Both the position numbers and the translations under genes were made by a program. Of a stretch of DNA of 64,000 nt, positions 28,466 to 41,977 are shown in pieces. How positions within the stretch are numbered: position 1 is the stretch's first letter; the number at the start of each line of letters is the position of its first letter. The DNA is from Chrysomallon squamiferum (taxonomy: Eukaryota; Animalia; Mollusca). Location: the NCBI GenBank assembly GCA_012295275.1, contig CM022669.1, positions 12,400,001 to 12,464,000 on the forward strand. Direction: 5' to 3'. The notes under the pieces are model-generated. The model made no database searches and was not told where the DNA came from. It saw only the letters and a program-made list of their open reading frames with translations.

Positions 28466-28840
28466 AGAAAGAAAGAAATACAAGTAAACAATGAAAAATA
28501 AATAAATGAATGAGCAAATGGTGAATGAATGAATGAATAAATAAATAAATAAATAAGTACGTACATAAATACATACATACATTCCGGAATATTGCCTATG
28601 TGCAGAGTCTATTCAGATGTACATAAGACACAGAATATTCAAAATCCTAAACTACATACATATATACAAACATACATACATACATATATACATACATACA
28701 TGCATACAGACATAGCCAGCCAACAAACCCAACCAACAACTACTAAATAGATACATAAAGAATGAAAGAAATACAAGTAAACAATTTCAAATAGTTAAAT
28801 GAATGTGCAAATTAAGAATGAATGAATGAATGAATGAATA
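28466..28840 (+). repeat. Short (~75 bp) direct duplication at ~28466-28540 and ~28758-28840
   Basis: GAAAGAAATACAAGTAAACAAT..AAATGAATG.GCAAAT..(GAAT)n is present twice. Confidence 0.75.
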
Positions 28841-29455
28841 AATACTGGTAAATAAATACATAAACAAATAAACAAATAAATAAAAAACAAACAAACAAAC
28901 AAACAAACAAATAAATAAATAAAGTGATATCGTACATTGCCTATAAATTAAACTTCAATGAATAATAATAATACATTAATGAAATCTCTGAACTGGTGTT
29001 TTTCTATAATGCAGCGATGATTCTTTGTTTCTGACTACAGATATTTTTAAAAAATCACATTAAACTTGATGTAACGTACTTAAACCGCTAAACACCATTG
29101 TAACTAGGTTTTAAACATTAAACGTTGTCCTTCCTAACAGAACTCATCTCCTTGATTTTTTCAGTGATGGTGAAATACTCGGACATTCCCAACAGCGGGA
29201 GTCTAATTTTGTGTTAAAGAGTCTTCTACTTAATCTTTATTTTATATCACATTTAATTATTCCTGACTGGGATTATTATTCAGTGGGTAACAGTCCAGAA
29301 GGTATTAACAGAGGTATGCAGTAATAAATAAATGAATATTTAAAAATCGTATTTATATGTATTTAAATGTTAACGTAATATTGAAAGAGTCGGAAGATGA
29401 TTATTTGTGCATGCTGGCCCAGAAGGATGGGTCATGCAGCTTATTTTGCTAATTT

Positions 29456-29512
29456 ATGTTACGTTACGTTACGTTACGATACCTTATGTTACGTTACGTT
29501 ACGTTACGTTAT
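29456..29512. repeat. (GTTAC)n pentanucleotide microsatellite
   Basis: Two runs of TGTTACGTTACGTTACGTTACG separated by ATACCTTA. Confidence 0.9.
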
Positions 29513-29529
29513 GCAATATCATATCATTT

Positions 29530-29573
<44 letters not shown>

Positions 29574-30335
29574 TATTTCTTTATTTATTTATTACACATT
29601 TATATGTACGATTATAATCACGTGTAAATGTAGACACACACACAATCACTGCCATTTTCGCTCCGCTTGTTCAGAAACCATCAAAATAACAATAATAAAT
29701 TCCACACCAATTCTCCATGCTAAAAATAATAATAATAATAATAATAATAAAACATGTTGAGATGGCCTAATCAAGACCACTGATCCCGCTAACACCTTCT
29801 TTTCGTCAGCCTATCAAGCACCGGTCTCACTAATCAATTGATAAAAAAAAAAAAAAAGGTTTCAAGCGGCGAGGATATAACGCGGTCCGTTCCGTTTTGC
29901 CGCGGCCCGGGCTCTCGTCTGATTTATGTGCCAATTACAGAGATCCGCGTGTAGTCGGTGCGAGCTAAATCATCGTCTTGTAACTTCTCTATTACGTCCA
30001 CGGCAGCTTTATGTCGTCGTGAAAACCGCCGAGTAAGAGAGATGTCAACGCCGTGACAAAGACGTAACGCATCCTTGACTCCAGTGTTTATGGCTTTATG
30101 TCTGCGTGTTGAACGTTTTTTTTTTTTTTTTTTTTTTATATATACGTGTGGATTAGTGGGTTGGTTAGTTAGCTGTTCGGGAAGTTACTGGGAACGGTTC
30201 TTTATTCTTAAAGTCCGGATTGAGAATGTTTTGTGGACTAATGTTATATATATATGTATGTGTTATATATATATATATATTTATTATTTTTATTTATTTA
30301 TTTATTTCGATTTATTTATTTTTTTTTTTTTTTGT

Positions 30336-30401
<66 letters not shown>

Positions 30402-31277
30402 TATCTATCTCTCTCTGTCTATCTGTTTATCTAACTATCTAACTATCTATCTATCTATCTATCTGATTGTCTATCTATCTAGGTCTGTCTGTCTATCTGT
30501 TTGTCTGTCTATTTATTTATCTATAAATTTATTTATTTATTTATTTATATTTAAAGATACATTGCGTTTAATGACATCTACAGAAAAGCTTAACGACTGC
30601 AGTTGGCTGGGTTTTATTCTTCTCACTTTTAAATGAATTGATTAATAAATAAATTAAAATAAATAAATAATAGTATACAGATTTTTACAACATAATCAAG
30701 TGTATTTAAATAACACAACTAAAGGTTTCATTTCTGGAACGTATTCAGGAGTTAAAAGGCAATATACTACAGATACTGGAAGGTGAGCATGAAGTAGCTG
30801 CAGAGAATCGTTAAATTAAATATGCTAATATTCATATAACAAAATATAATTTTATTTTTGTATTTGTATTCAAATGCTTTTTTTTCCTTTTATTCCTCTT
30901 TCTTGTCTTTTTTAAAGAAGTTCTTTTTTTCCTTTTTTTCCCCTTTTTTCCTTCCATCCTTCATTCATTAATTCGTCTAACTTCCGTTCATTCGTCCGTT
31001 TGGTCATAATTTATCATTCTTTCTTTGTCTCTCTTCTTTCCTTCCTTCTTTCTTTGTCTGTCTTCTTTCCTTCTTTCTTTTTTTTTCTTTCTTTCTTTCT
31101 TTCTGTATACTTTCCTTTTTATTTCCTTTCTGTTTTTTGTATTTTCCTTTGTTCTTGCTGCTGTTGCTTTAACTGTCAGTATTATAAGTTATGTTTCTTC
31201 AACATCGAATTTCGTTAACTTCCTTTTTTTTTTTTTTTTTACAATCCTTATAACAAAACACAACCCGACAATTTTCT

Positions 31278-31316
<39 letters not shown>

Positions 31317-31805
31317 TGTTAATTTTATTTTTCTCTTCCACAACTTTAAGCCTTCAACAGTTTTTTAAGACATATAATCAATAAATTTACATTTCATTTC
31401 AAAATGCATTGGGCAAATTTTGACCTTAATATTGCATGAAAGCAAAACCGTAATTATTTCACCTGAATTAACGTGACTTCTCATCCAAATTGCATAATCA
31501 ATGAGTGAATTCGTTTTTGACGGAAAAACACACAACATGTCATCTCCTAACAAATTAATTTTACATTAGAAAAACTCTTTATAGACGCGCTAAGTAACAG
31601 AAATAACTTTGATGACTTGTTTTCAACAAAGGAAGTTGCGCTCCAAATGAATGGATCTATACTTCGGTGTAGAAAATTCTATTGTGTGTGTTGAACAAGT
31701 GGGTGCCCGGGTTAATAATGAGACGGGGGGCCAAACTGATTGAATGAATTAATAAATTAACAGGTGCATAAATAAATGCTTAGGTAAATTAAAAAAAGAC
31801 AATAA

Positions 31806-31842
<37 letters not shown>

Positions 31843-32026
31843 AAGAGACTGAAAGTTGGGGGAAAAAAAAAAACATGACCATTATTGATGATAATTATAA
31901 TGATGATGAAGAATAATGATGATGATTATGATGATGATGATAACAATAAGATGTTATTGTAGTGTTGTAGTAGTAAATAAATAATAATAATGATATGATA
32001 ATCTGATAATCATGATAATCATGTAA

Positions 32027-32092
<66 letters not shown>

Positions 32093-33339
32093 TTAAAAAG
32101 GCCTAACATAAATTATATTAAAGAAACAACAAATCATTTCTGTGCTCGCGTTTGCTGCAAATAAAAACGTTGATGACTGTTTATAACAATGGAAATAATA
32201 AAAACTTGATTTTCATCGCTTATTTCTTGTAATAGAAATAACAAACAAGTTGATGACTAGATAAATATAATGAAAATAACTGAGTTGATTACTCACAAAA
32301 GGAACTACATACATTATGGCTTATTTGCTGCAGTGGAACTAACATAAATGACTTTAATGGCTCTTCAGTTACCATGGAAATAACAGGAGTCTAGTCTTAT
32401 GACATAATGATCTATTTTGATGTGTAGTTTTTTTTTTTGGGGGGGGTGGAGATCCTTTTTCTTCTTTTCTTTGCGTGTGTGCATGAGTGTTTATGTGTAT
32501 ATTTGTGTATGCAAAGATAACTGTTAAAATTTTCTTAAAATTAATACTCATACATATGTTCTCGAAAAAGAAAACCCATTAAAGTGATTTTTCTTTCTTG
32601 TTTTTTTTTTTTGTGTGTTTGTGTGTGTGTGTCTGTGTGTGTTTTCAAACTTATATTAAAAATTAATGTACTTTCAGTTGACATTAAAATCATTCCTTTC
32701 CTATTTTTTTTTACGATAGCTATTAAACGACAAACTTCAGAAAATAAAGTTAACTTCACAGTCATTAAAACTCGCTCGTTCTTTCCATTATTAAAAGATT
32801 TTATCTGAAGGGGAAAAAAAAAAAAAAAAAATGTTCGGAATTCATATTTACGAAATAAAAAAAAAAAAAAAAAAAAAAAAAAACCGTGAAATGGTGGAGT
32901 ACTTATGAGCCAGAACTAACGAGTTGTTTTTATACTGCTTTCCATTCAGTATCAACAATATTAATAAAGACGTCTGGTGTTTGAATGGTCCTATCATTAC
33001 GCAGATATCATTCCTCTATGGTCCGTTAACGCACAATGGTAAGAAGACTAACACCCGACAGAAAACGTTTCACTGACAGCAAGAGACAGAGGTGTAATAC
33101 TTTTTTTTTTTTTTTTTTTTCTGAAATCACCTGTGTGCGTGTTAACCTGTTGATACGATTCCTTTACGAGCAGTTAAATAATTCGACTGAATGGTTAAGT
33201 ACACAATAAAACGTCTTAAGCGAGCATCAGTTGGTGTAATATTGGGATTAGTCGCTGGGAAAACAGCTTGGTGAGCCACCCACATTTTACACACAGAACA
33301 CGGTTATAAATAAGCGGTGAATACAGACACACCCACATT

Positions 33340-33389
<50 letters not shown>

Positions 33390-34080
33390 TATATACACAA
33401 ATACATGCACGTATACATACACCAATACACACATTCATATATGCATACATACATACATACACCAATACATACATTCATACATACGTACATTCATATACAT
33501 ATATACACACACACATACTTTTTACGCACAAAACGCACATACACACGAACACGTACATACATTCGTACACTCGTAGATACACTCATACACGTGTAGTATT
33601 ATATGCGTACACATATACATAGGTACATATGTACGTACACGAATACATAATCATAAATAAATTCACATGCGTGAATGTATATTAATATATATTAATTTGT
33701 TAAATATGGCTGAATAAAAATACTTATTTTGCTCAATATTGATTCTCGCATAAAGCTTTATTCTCGTTATAATAAACTATCGTAATGACATGACATCAAA
33801 CAAACTTGATCAGATAATAAATTACGTTGCTATCATTTATCTGTCACAGTTGATAGAATGGCGTGGTTTACGAAGAGGAGGGAATATAGGAATATAGTTT
33901 TATTAAAAGACCGTGAAATATACGTAGGAGAAACGTATAGACTGGGAAGAAGATGATGCATAAAAAAATAAAAAAAATGATAAAAAAATGTTCACGATGT
34001 TGATGATGAAGAAAACCAGTACGACGATGATGTTGAACATAATGATGATGATGTGGTAATGACGACGGAAAAAAAATGAT

Positions 34081-34138
34081 GATCACACTTAGGATGATGG
34101 TGAAATGATGATCACGCTTAAGATGATGGTGAAATGAT
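34081..34138 (+). repeat. 29-bp tandem duplication
   Basis: GATCACACTTAGGATGATGGTGAAATGAT followed by GATCACGCTTAAGATGATGGTGAAATGAT. Confidence 0.9.
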
Positions 34139-34359
34139 TATAAGGACACTAGTGACGATGGAAAATCGAATGATCATAACGAGGATGATGATGATGATGA
34201 TTTTGAAAAATAAAATAAAAAAGGATGATGAAGATGACGTTGAAAATGACGATGATAATGGATGGTGTTGAAAGTGATGATGATTAACGTAGAGATGATC
34301 AAGTTGATATTGATAAAGATGACTAATTAACTAATCATACACACATACTTACAAAACAC

Positions 34360-34402
<43 letters not shown>

Positions 34403-35770
34403 CTATACAAGATTTATAAACAGTCGAACATCACTGCTCACGTACCATCCACTGGTATTTGATCCCAGTACGTACACACCGACACGTTTTGACGTCACGG
34501 AACCTCGGTGGATCAGTCGAGCAGAAAGACGCAGTTGTTGTTTATTTTTATTCGCGAAGGGGCACTCGGCCAAGTCGTGCGGAAGAATTAAATGATTAAG
34601 TAATTAATAAATCCTCCGCCTTGTGTCTACAGCGGGTGAATCCGCCGTAAGATCGGACTTTAAAAGACATTCTCTTTGATCTCCGACGTGTGAATAAACA
34701 ATGTAATCCTCCGCTATACAAAATAATTACCCCCTTGGGTGCTAACGCAAACGTGTGTTTACGCAGTAGCTGCACTAGGCCTGGGATGAGCAAACAACGC
34801 AGTGGATTCAACAAAGTCTCCTTGATGATCGCTTATTAATATTTCATAAAAACCTCCCCGATACACAGACTCAAACCACAGCCGTTAAAACCATAGCCAG
34901 AAATCTGTTTACGTATATACAAAAGTAAAAAAAAGATAATAATAATAATAATAGTAATAATAAATTCTAAAAGAAAACAATATATATATAAACGACTTTT
35001 GTAATGTTATATCAATGACCAGAGATTAAAAATAATAATAATAATAATAATAATAAAACAAAGAAGAATAATGGCTGCTAAAGCAGACGAGACTTTTGTA
35101 ACCAAGTGGTTAGTTATGTCAATGTTTTATTAATTAGTAATACTAATGCCTTCATTCGATGTAACGACAGCGCTGGAACGGGGGTGGGGGGGGGGAAGGC
35201 TGCGAAGCATTCATCCAAAAATTTCTGGGACTCAGTCTGTGGGAGGGACAGAAAAAACCTCTCCCCGAAAAAAACCCACCCATTAATAAATGAAATAGGC
35301 AATTTGGTGATCGACGGATCGCCGTTGTTGGCGACTTCCTTTTTTATGGAGTGGATTGTTGTTATCCGGTGTTTATTGGCCGCCTGGGTGTGATGTTTTC
35401 GCATTAAAGTTTCTGTTTGATATCGTTGGTATTTATTATTAATACAAACCGTTATCAGCTCACCTGTTCAGTGCCAGCTACAGGAAATCGATAATGAAAT
35501 GTGATGACTGATGTGGCTTCCAGCACGCCAAAGGTGCACGTGATTGCTAACAGGTAAAATTAAAAAAGACATGGAAGGAAAAATTAAACTGTGGTTTTAG
35601 TAATGTTTAAAAAAAATATATATTTTTATTATTATTATTATTATTATTGGTTGCTCTTGTTTTAAAATGATGTTGATGATAATAATAAAAATAATAATAA
35701 TAATAGTAATGATAATATTAATAACAACAACAACAACAACAATAATAATAATAATGATAAACAACAATAA

Positions 35771-36203
35771 CAACAACAAGAACAACAATAATAATAATAA
35801 AATTTCTGTATTTATGTTCGTGTGTGTGTGTGTGTGTGTGTGTAGGCATATTTGTTTGTATATATATATACATACGTATGTAGATATGTATGTGAGTATG
35901 TATATAAGTGTTCATGTCTGAAAAAAAGAACAAAAGCAACAAGAACAAAATATCTAATTGCATTGTCAAATAAAAAAAAAAAAATAAAAATAATAAAAAA
36001 TCTATTACGAAAACAAATGTAAAAAACAGTGAAAAAAACAACAAATGATAAATAAAAAAATTCTTGAAAAACAAAAAAAAAAAAAAAAAACAAACAAACA
36101 AACAAAACGAAACAAACAAACAAAAAACAAACAAAAAACAAACAAACAAATACATTTTTTTATACGAACAAGTACCTGATAATAAAGCGTATACATAACC
36201 TGG

Positions 36204-36210
<7 letters not shown>
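35771..36210 (+). repeat. ~430-bp dispersed direct repeat, copy 1
   Basis: Shares colinear anchors with 37904-38315: GTAGGCATATTTGTTTGTAT, CATACGTATGTAGAT, AAGAACAAAAGCAACAAGAACAAAA, TCTAATTGCATTGT, ATTACGAAAACAAA, AATAAAGCGTATACATAA. Confidence 0.9.
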
Positions 36211-36235
<25 letters not shown>

Positions 36236-36752
36236 ATAAAAAAAAGGTCTAGCATGTTAAGATTATCACTTTTTGATGATGTGTTCTCAGGCAATAACTA
36301 TATTGAAAGGACATCAACGGAGAGGATTTGCATCAGTACGGCAACTACGTCCGCGTTTTAACGACACCCAAGCGGCCCTGCTCAGTGAACCGTGCATACA
36401 TAAATGTAAATGGAAGAACTGCAGTCGAAACTTCACCGTCCCTGGTGAGATTCAAGCATTTCTATATTGATTTTAGTGAACACAGAATTTAAAAAAAAAA
36501 AAAAAAAAGAAGAAAAAAAAAAAAAGAGTAATTAGTCCGGTTTTTTTTTTTTTTCCATCGCCATATGAGCATAGTGAACAAACGTAGAAAAACAAAATGT
36601 CTTCTGTCTTTTACTTGTTAGTCAGATAAAGTAATACTGTTTTCTTAATTTTAATTTGATGTCTTATCACCTTATTATACAACTGTTTATCAAAGAATGT
36701 AGTATGCAGATTTTCTAAGTGCATATAAAATATGTATAACCTCTTCTGCGTT

Positions 36753-36798
<46 letters not shown>

Positions 36799-37476
36799 AC
36801 ACACACGTTTATATAATATATATTTATATTGCATTACGTAATATTACATTACATGTCATATCATATTATATTATTCTATATCCAATCATATTACTATATC
36901 ATGTTATATTAGTATTTAATACCAAATATCACGAAAGATATAATATCTAAAATAAAATTTAAAAAAATAAAATAAAAAATATATATACCTTTTGTTCATT
37001 AATATTAACAAGTAAGAAAATAATTAAATTTAGATCTCGAAATTAAACACACACACACACATATATAGTTTTTTTTTTTTTCATTTGTTCTGTTTATTTT
37101 TATATCCTTGTGTGAGCATGTGTATAACTGCACTTGTTTGTGTAAGTGTTGATATGTGTGTGTACATATATGTATGTGTATGTGTGTGTGGATATATATA
37201 TATATATATATATATACCAGCACACACATGTATACACACCACACACATACCACACACACAAACACATACATATACATCAACACCCTATTATATTTATTTA
37301 ATTATAGTTTAAGTACACTACACACAGTCTTAAGCAAGCATCAGAAGTCTGGAAGACCAGGATTAGTAATTGTGATAACAGTTTGCTAAGTTACCCACGT
37401 TAATTTTCACATACTGATACCCAGACGAATACCCTGAAAAATAAAAACATATAAATACACACACACATAGATAGAT

Positions 37477-37573
<97 letters not shown>

Positions 37574-37903
37574 TTTTTCTTTGTCAATGCTATCATCACA
37601 AAAACAGAATAAAATCATCTAATTACCGTTAATACAAAAACGTGACTAGGTGTGATTAAACAAACACTCATTCTTTCATTCATTATTCATGTGCATGTTT
37701 AATTTATAAAATTGTTTATTTCTCTATTGATTTTACACATGTAAAAAGTCATTTGTTTGTTTCTGTTTGATGAGTATAGTAAAATAACATTTAGGAAATA
37801 TCTCTCTCTTTGCGTTTTCTTTATTTATTTCTATTTACGGTAGTATGTATATATTAATAATTAAAAAGAAAATAAAGAAAATAAAAGACTTAAAACAGAA
37901 GAA

Positions 37904-38315
37904 AACAACAAGAACAACAACAATAATAATAATAAAATTGTCTGTCTGTCTGTATGTATGTTCGTGTGTGTGTGTAGGCATATTTGTTTGTATGTATATA
38001 CATACGTATGTAGATGTGTGTATGTGCGTATGTAACTATGTCTAAAAAAAAAAGAACAAAAGCAACAAGAACAAAAAATCTAATTGCATTGTGATTAAAA
38101 AAAATCAATTACGAAAACAAAGGAGAAAAACAGTGACGAAAAGAACAAATAATAAATAAAACATTCTTAAAAAAAACCAACAAAAAAACCCCAATATCTC
38201 CCAAAGAAAGAAAGAAACAAAACAAAACAGATAAAAAAACAAAAAGCAAACAAAAAAACAAAAAGAAACTTTACAAGCAAATACATGAGAATAAAGCGTA
38301 TACATAAACTGGAGA
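37904..38315 (+). repeat. ~410-bp dispersed direct repeat, copy 2
   Basis: Same anchors in the same order as 35771-36210, about 2.1 kb downstream. Confidence 0.9.
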
Positions 38316-40129
38316 AAAAATAAAAATAAAAAAATAAAAAAATAAAAAAAATAAAAACACAAACACTGAGCAAACACAAAGTACGTTCCCGAATATTGTC
38401 TACGTGCAGGGTTTAATCCTAAAATACACACACACATACACACATACATACATACATTTCTAAGAAACCTAAAACGTCTTTAAATCCTGATAAATGATCA
38501 GTCCATAAGACAGTCATTTAAACTGCGGTCGTGAAACAATTATGACGTAACAATAAGCTCTTGGTTAGTACTGTTGTTATGTCAAAACTGACGTTATGAT
38601 CGCAACATTTAAAATAAAACAGAGGTTAGTATTTTAAATTTTTATTTTTATTTTTATTGTTGTTGTTATTGTTGTTTGTTGTTGTTTGATTTATGTTAGT
38701 CTTTTGTTTTTTGTTTTTTTATGTTATTGTGATTTTTGTTGTCGTGGTTTGTATTATTATTATTTATGTTATGGCATATAACTAGAACATTTATTTTCTT
38801 TGTTTTTGTTTCATTTGTTAATATCTGTAGTAATATGAGGCTGGTGTATGCTTCGGTGTTTTTAATAGTAACTTAATAACAGCGTATGTTGTAACAACAT
38901 CTGCAATGGCTTTAGCAGAACTCTGGTAACATCATCATCACCAGCAGTAGTAGTTGTTGTAGAAGAAGTAACAATAGCAGTGGCATCAGTACGTGTAGCA
39001 GAGCAGCAGTAGTAAAAGTAGAAAGAGTACAAACCCATATACTGAAACTAAATAACATACATTTAAAAAGATAAAGGATTAACAAACGTCAAAAAGAAAA
39101 TTCTTTATTTCTACGCGTAGCTACGAGAGCTGCCAAGCGTGACGGTTTTTAGAGTACTCCCAGGAACTGTTAAAGAGTCGGCGATGGCCCACATAATGGC
39201 TCGCATAAATCTAAAAATAGATTTGTTTAGGACGTGATTACTGACACTTTCACAGTTAAAGTTCATTTATTAAAGATATTATGTTTGTGTGTGAGCTAAC
39301 ATAACACTCTCACAATGGTTGTTTGGGATCTGCATTCAAATATTGGGCATTCGTCAACTTGGGACCAATTACCAGTGAGCTGGAATTACGTCCCTTTATT
39401 ACCGGAAAGAGACTGCAATGGCGAGCGCCTAATCAACGGAGCTTTTGTCGGACAATTCGCTAATTTTCCTTAAGGTAACGTTAAGTCTAGATGTATTGGT
39501 GTGGAATAATCCATACACATTTCGCAAATGAATCGCTTTTCCCCGTCGGATTTGTTTCTTTGTCGGTTAACCATTCCAAAATAATCGGATGTCTTTTTGG
39601 TTCTGTTTTTGCCAGTGGACATTTGTTTGCGTTGGGTTTTTTTTTTTTTTTTTTGCTGTTTGTATGTTTTGTATTTTGTAGTGAAAAAATAAAACAATAA
39701 ATTAGAAGGTCTCTTGAGCATCGTTATAACACAATTAGGATGATGACAAGCTGATGCTGTGTATAAAACATTGTAGAAACAGTACGTTTTGTTTGTGCCT
39801 CTGTGTTTCGTACGTTGAAATTATAAACGTATATACATGTATGTGTGTTGTGTGTTGTGTCTGTGTGTGTGTGTGTGTGTCTGTGTGTGTGTGTCTGTGT
39901 GTGTGAACAGCTGAACTAAATAATTTATCATTGAATAAGTTATAAAGGTTATAAAGATTATTTTAATTATAATATATATTATTTTCCGTTATAATTATTA
40001 ATATTTTTCAAAATAATGTTAGCTTTTTATACTTAAGTGTAATTAAACATTCATTATTATTATTGCTATATATTTATTCTTCTGCCAATTTCTATTTCAG
40101 TAATGATCATCAGTAAATAATTAAATGAA

Positions 40130-40165
<36 letters not shown>

Positions 40166-41712
40166 AATAATAGATGACTAATTTTCCCTGCGTCTACCAA
40201 TAATAATTAATAAGGTGACTGCAACAACTACGTCTACAAGTTTTTTTAAATTAATGAACCTGAACAAGAATTCATACTTATAAATAACAAAAGGAAAGAA
40301 AGAAAAAAGAAAGAAAGAAAGAAGAAAAAAAAAGTTCTATTATTATTATATACCACAACAATTCAGTAAATACAATGAAAACATACAGAACGGCCACACA
40401 CATAAAATAAACACAAATAATTATCAAACTGCTCCGAATCATTTTGAGAGGATTAAAGCTGTAAAATCCCCGTACGATTGGATTACCTCCCGTCCGAACA
40501 GGCCGACTGCTGAAACTTTGATCAAGTCCTCGATTCGTTCGTTCGATTCCAGCCACACAATGGACAGCTCCCAGTTTGCAGATTTTCATCAATTCTTTTC
40601 TCGCCACGTAATCGGTCTGTTCAGCGTAACAAATTAAAAGTTTTCGGTTTTGCTTTCTAATACATTTTTCCTTACAAATTATCTGATTAAGTCACAACGA
40701 AAGAAGAAAAAAAAATAAAATAAAATAAAAATAAAAAAGAGAGTCGAGAATTAAAAAAAAAAAAAAAAAAAAAGTAACAAAAGTTTGAGGCTCAACGAAT
40801 CAATGAAAAGGTTTTGAATCGTGTGAAATATGAGTGATTTGTTTGTTGTGTAGACCGGAGCTGCATTTTCTAAGGATACAGAACTGTTATTGATTCCGCA
40901 GTCTAGATACAGTAAAGCTATTTACTCTGCGCGTGATATTATCAAGTCTATCGTGTTTTTCCTTTTGTCAACCGATGTGTCAAATGGAATTAATTTGGGG
41001 GATTATAATAACTGACTCATGGTTAATTTTTGCCTTTTGTAAATAAAATAAAGGCCTGTCCCAAAGGTGCGTGCATTTGAAATCAAATATTGCATTTTGT
41101 AATTATGCGTCTTCGATACACTCGAGACCCGATAGGAAGCATATGCTAAGCGTAGCAAACTTAGTGACACAGTGGCATGACCGAGCCGGGACGATGTCCC
41201 GGACCGCCTGTGCGAAAAGCCGGATCATTGTGTGAAGTTGACAAACGTGTAAAGTCAATTACGCGAACTATTCCCAAGCTAGTTACAGAGAAAAACTTAT
41301 CGATGTTGTTGGCGGTTTATAGTGTAATTGTATTATAAAGCTTTTATGAATGTTAGAAAGGACCGTGTACACAGTATAGTTAATAGAAACGGAGTAAAGA
41401 GTTTGTAATCATTTAAAGATACAGTATCCAGAATGCTAATATTGAAGTGTTAACAATGATGTCACTGAGTTTACTTTTCAATTCTCCGTGAAAATTCTCT
41501 TGTTTTTCTTGGTTTTCTTTTTTTTCTTTTTTTTTCTTTTTTTTTCTTTTATGTATTTTAAAATTAATTTTCCCTTATGAATCGGGTCTTTAGTTTCATT
41601 TATATTTCTTTGTTTTTAAATTGATGTGATTCATAAATCATTAACAGCAAGAGGATATTTTCTGAATCGAGTAGAAAAGAAATATAAAAATAATTTATGC
41701 ATTCTCTTTTTG

Positions 41713-41810
<98 letters not shown>

Positions 41811-41943
41811 ACACATATATACATACTTTCAAGCTTTTTCTCTTTAAGTTTTTCTCTCATACGATAATTCTTTGTTTCTTTGGTGTATTATAAACACAAA
41901 AAAAATGAAAATAAAAACCTAAAAACCAACAACCCCAAATCCC

Positions 41944-41977
<34 letters not shown>

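Noticed and set aside
19128-32250. Weak inverted similarity between ~19128-19225 and ~32150-32250 as a MITE family
   Set aside because: Only short AT-rich anchors match; not supportable without an alignment.
35771-38315. Direct repeats as LTRs of a retroelement
   Set aside because: No TG...CA termini, primer-binding site, clear target-site duplication or gag/pol remnants.
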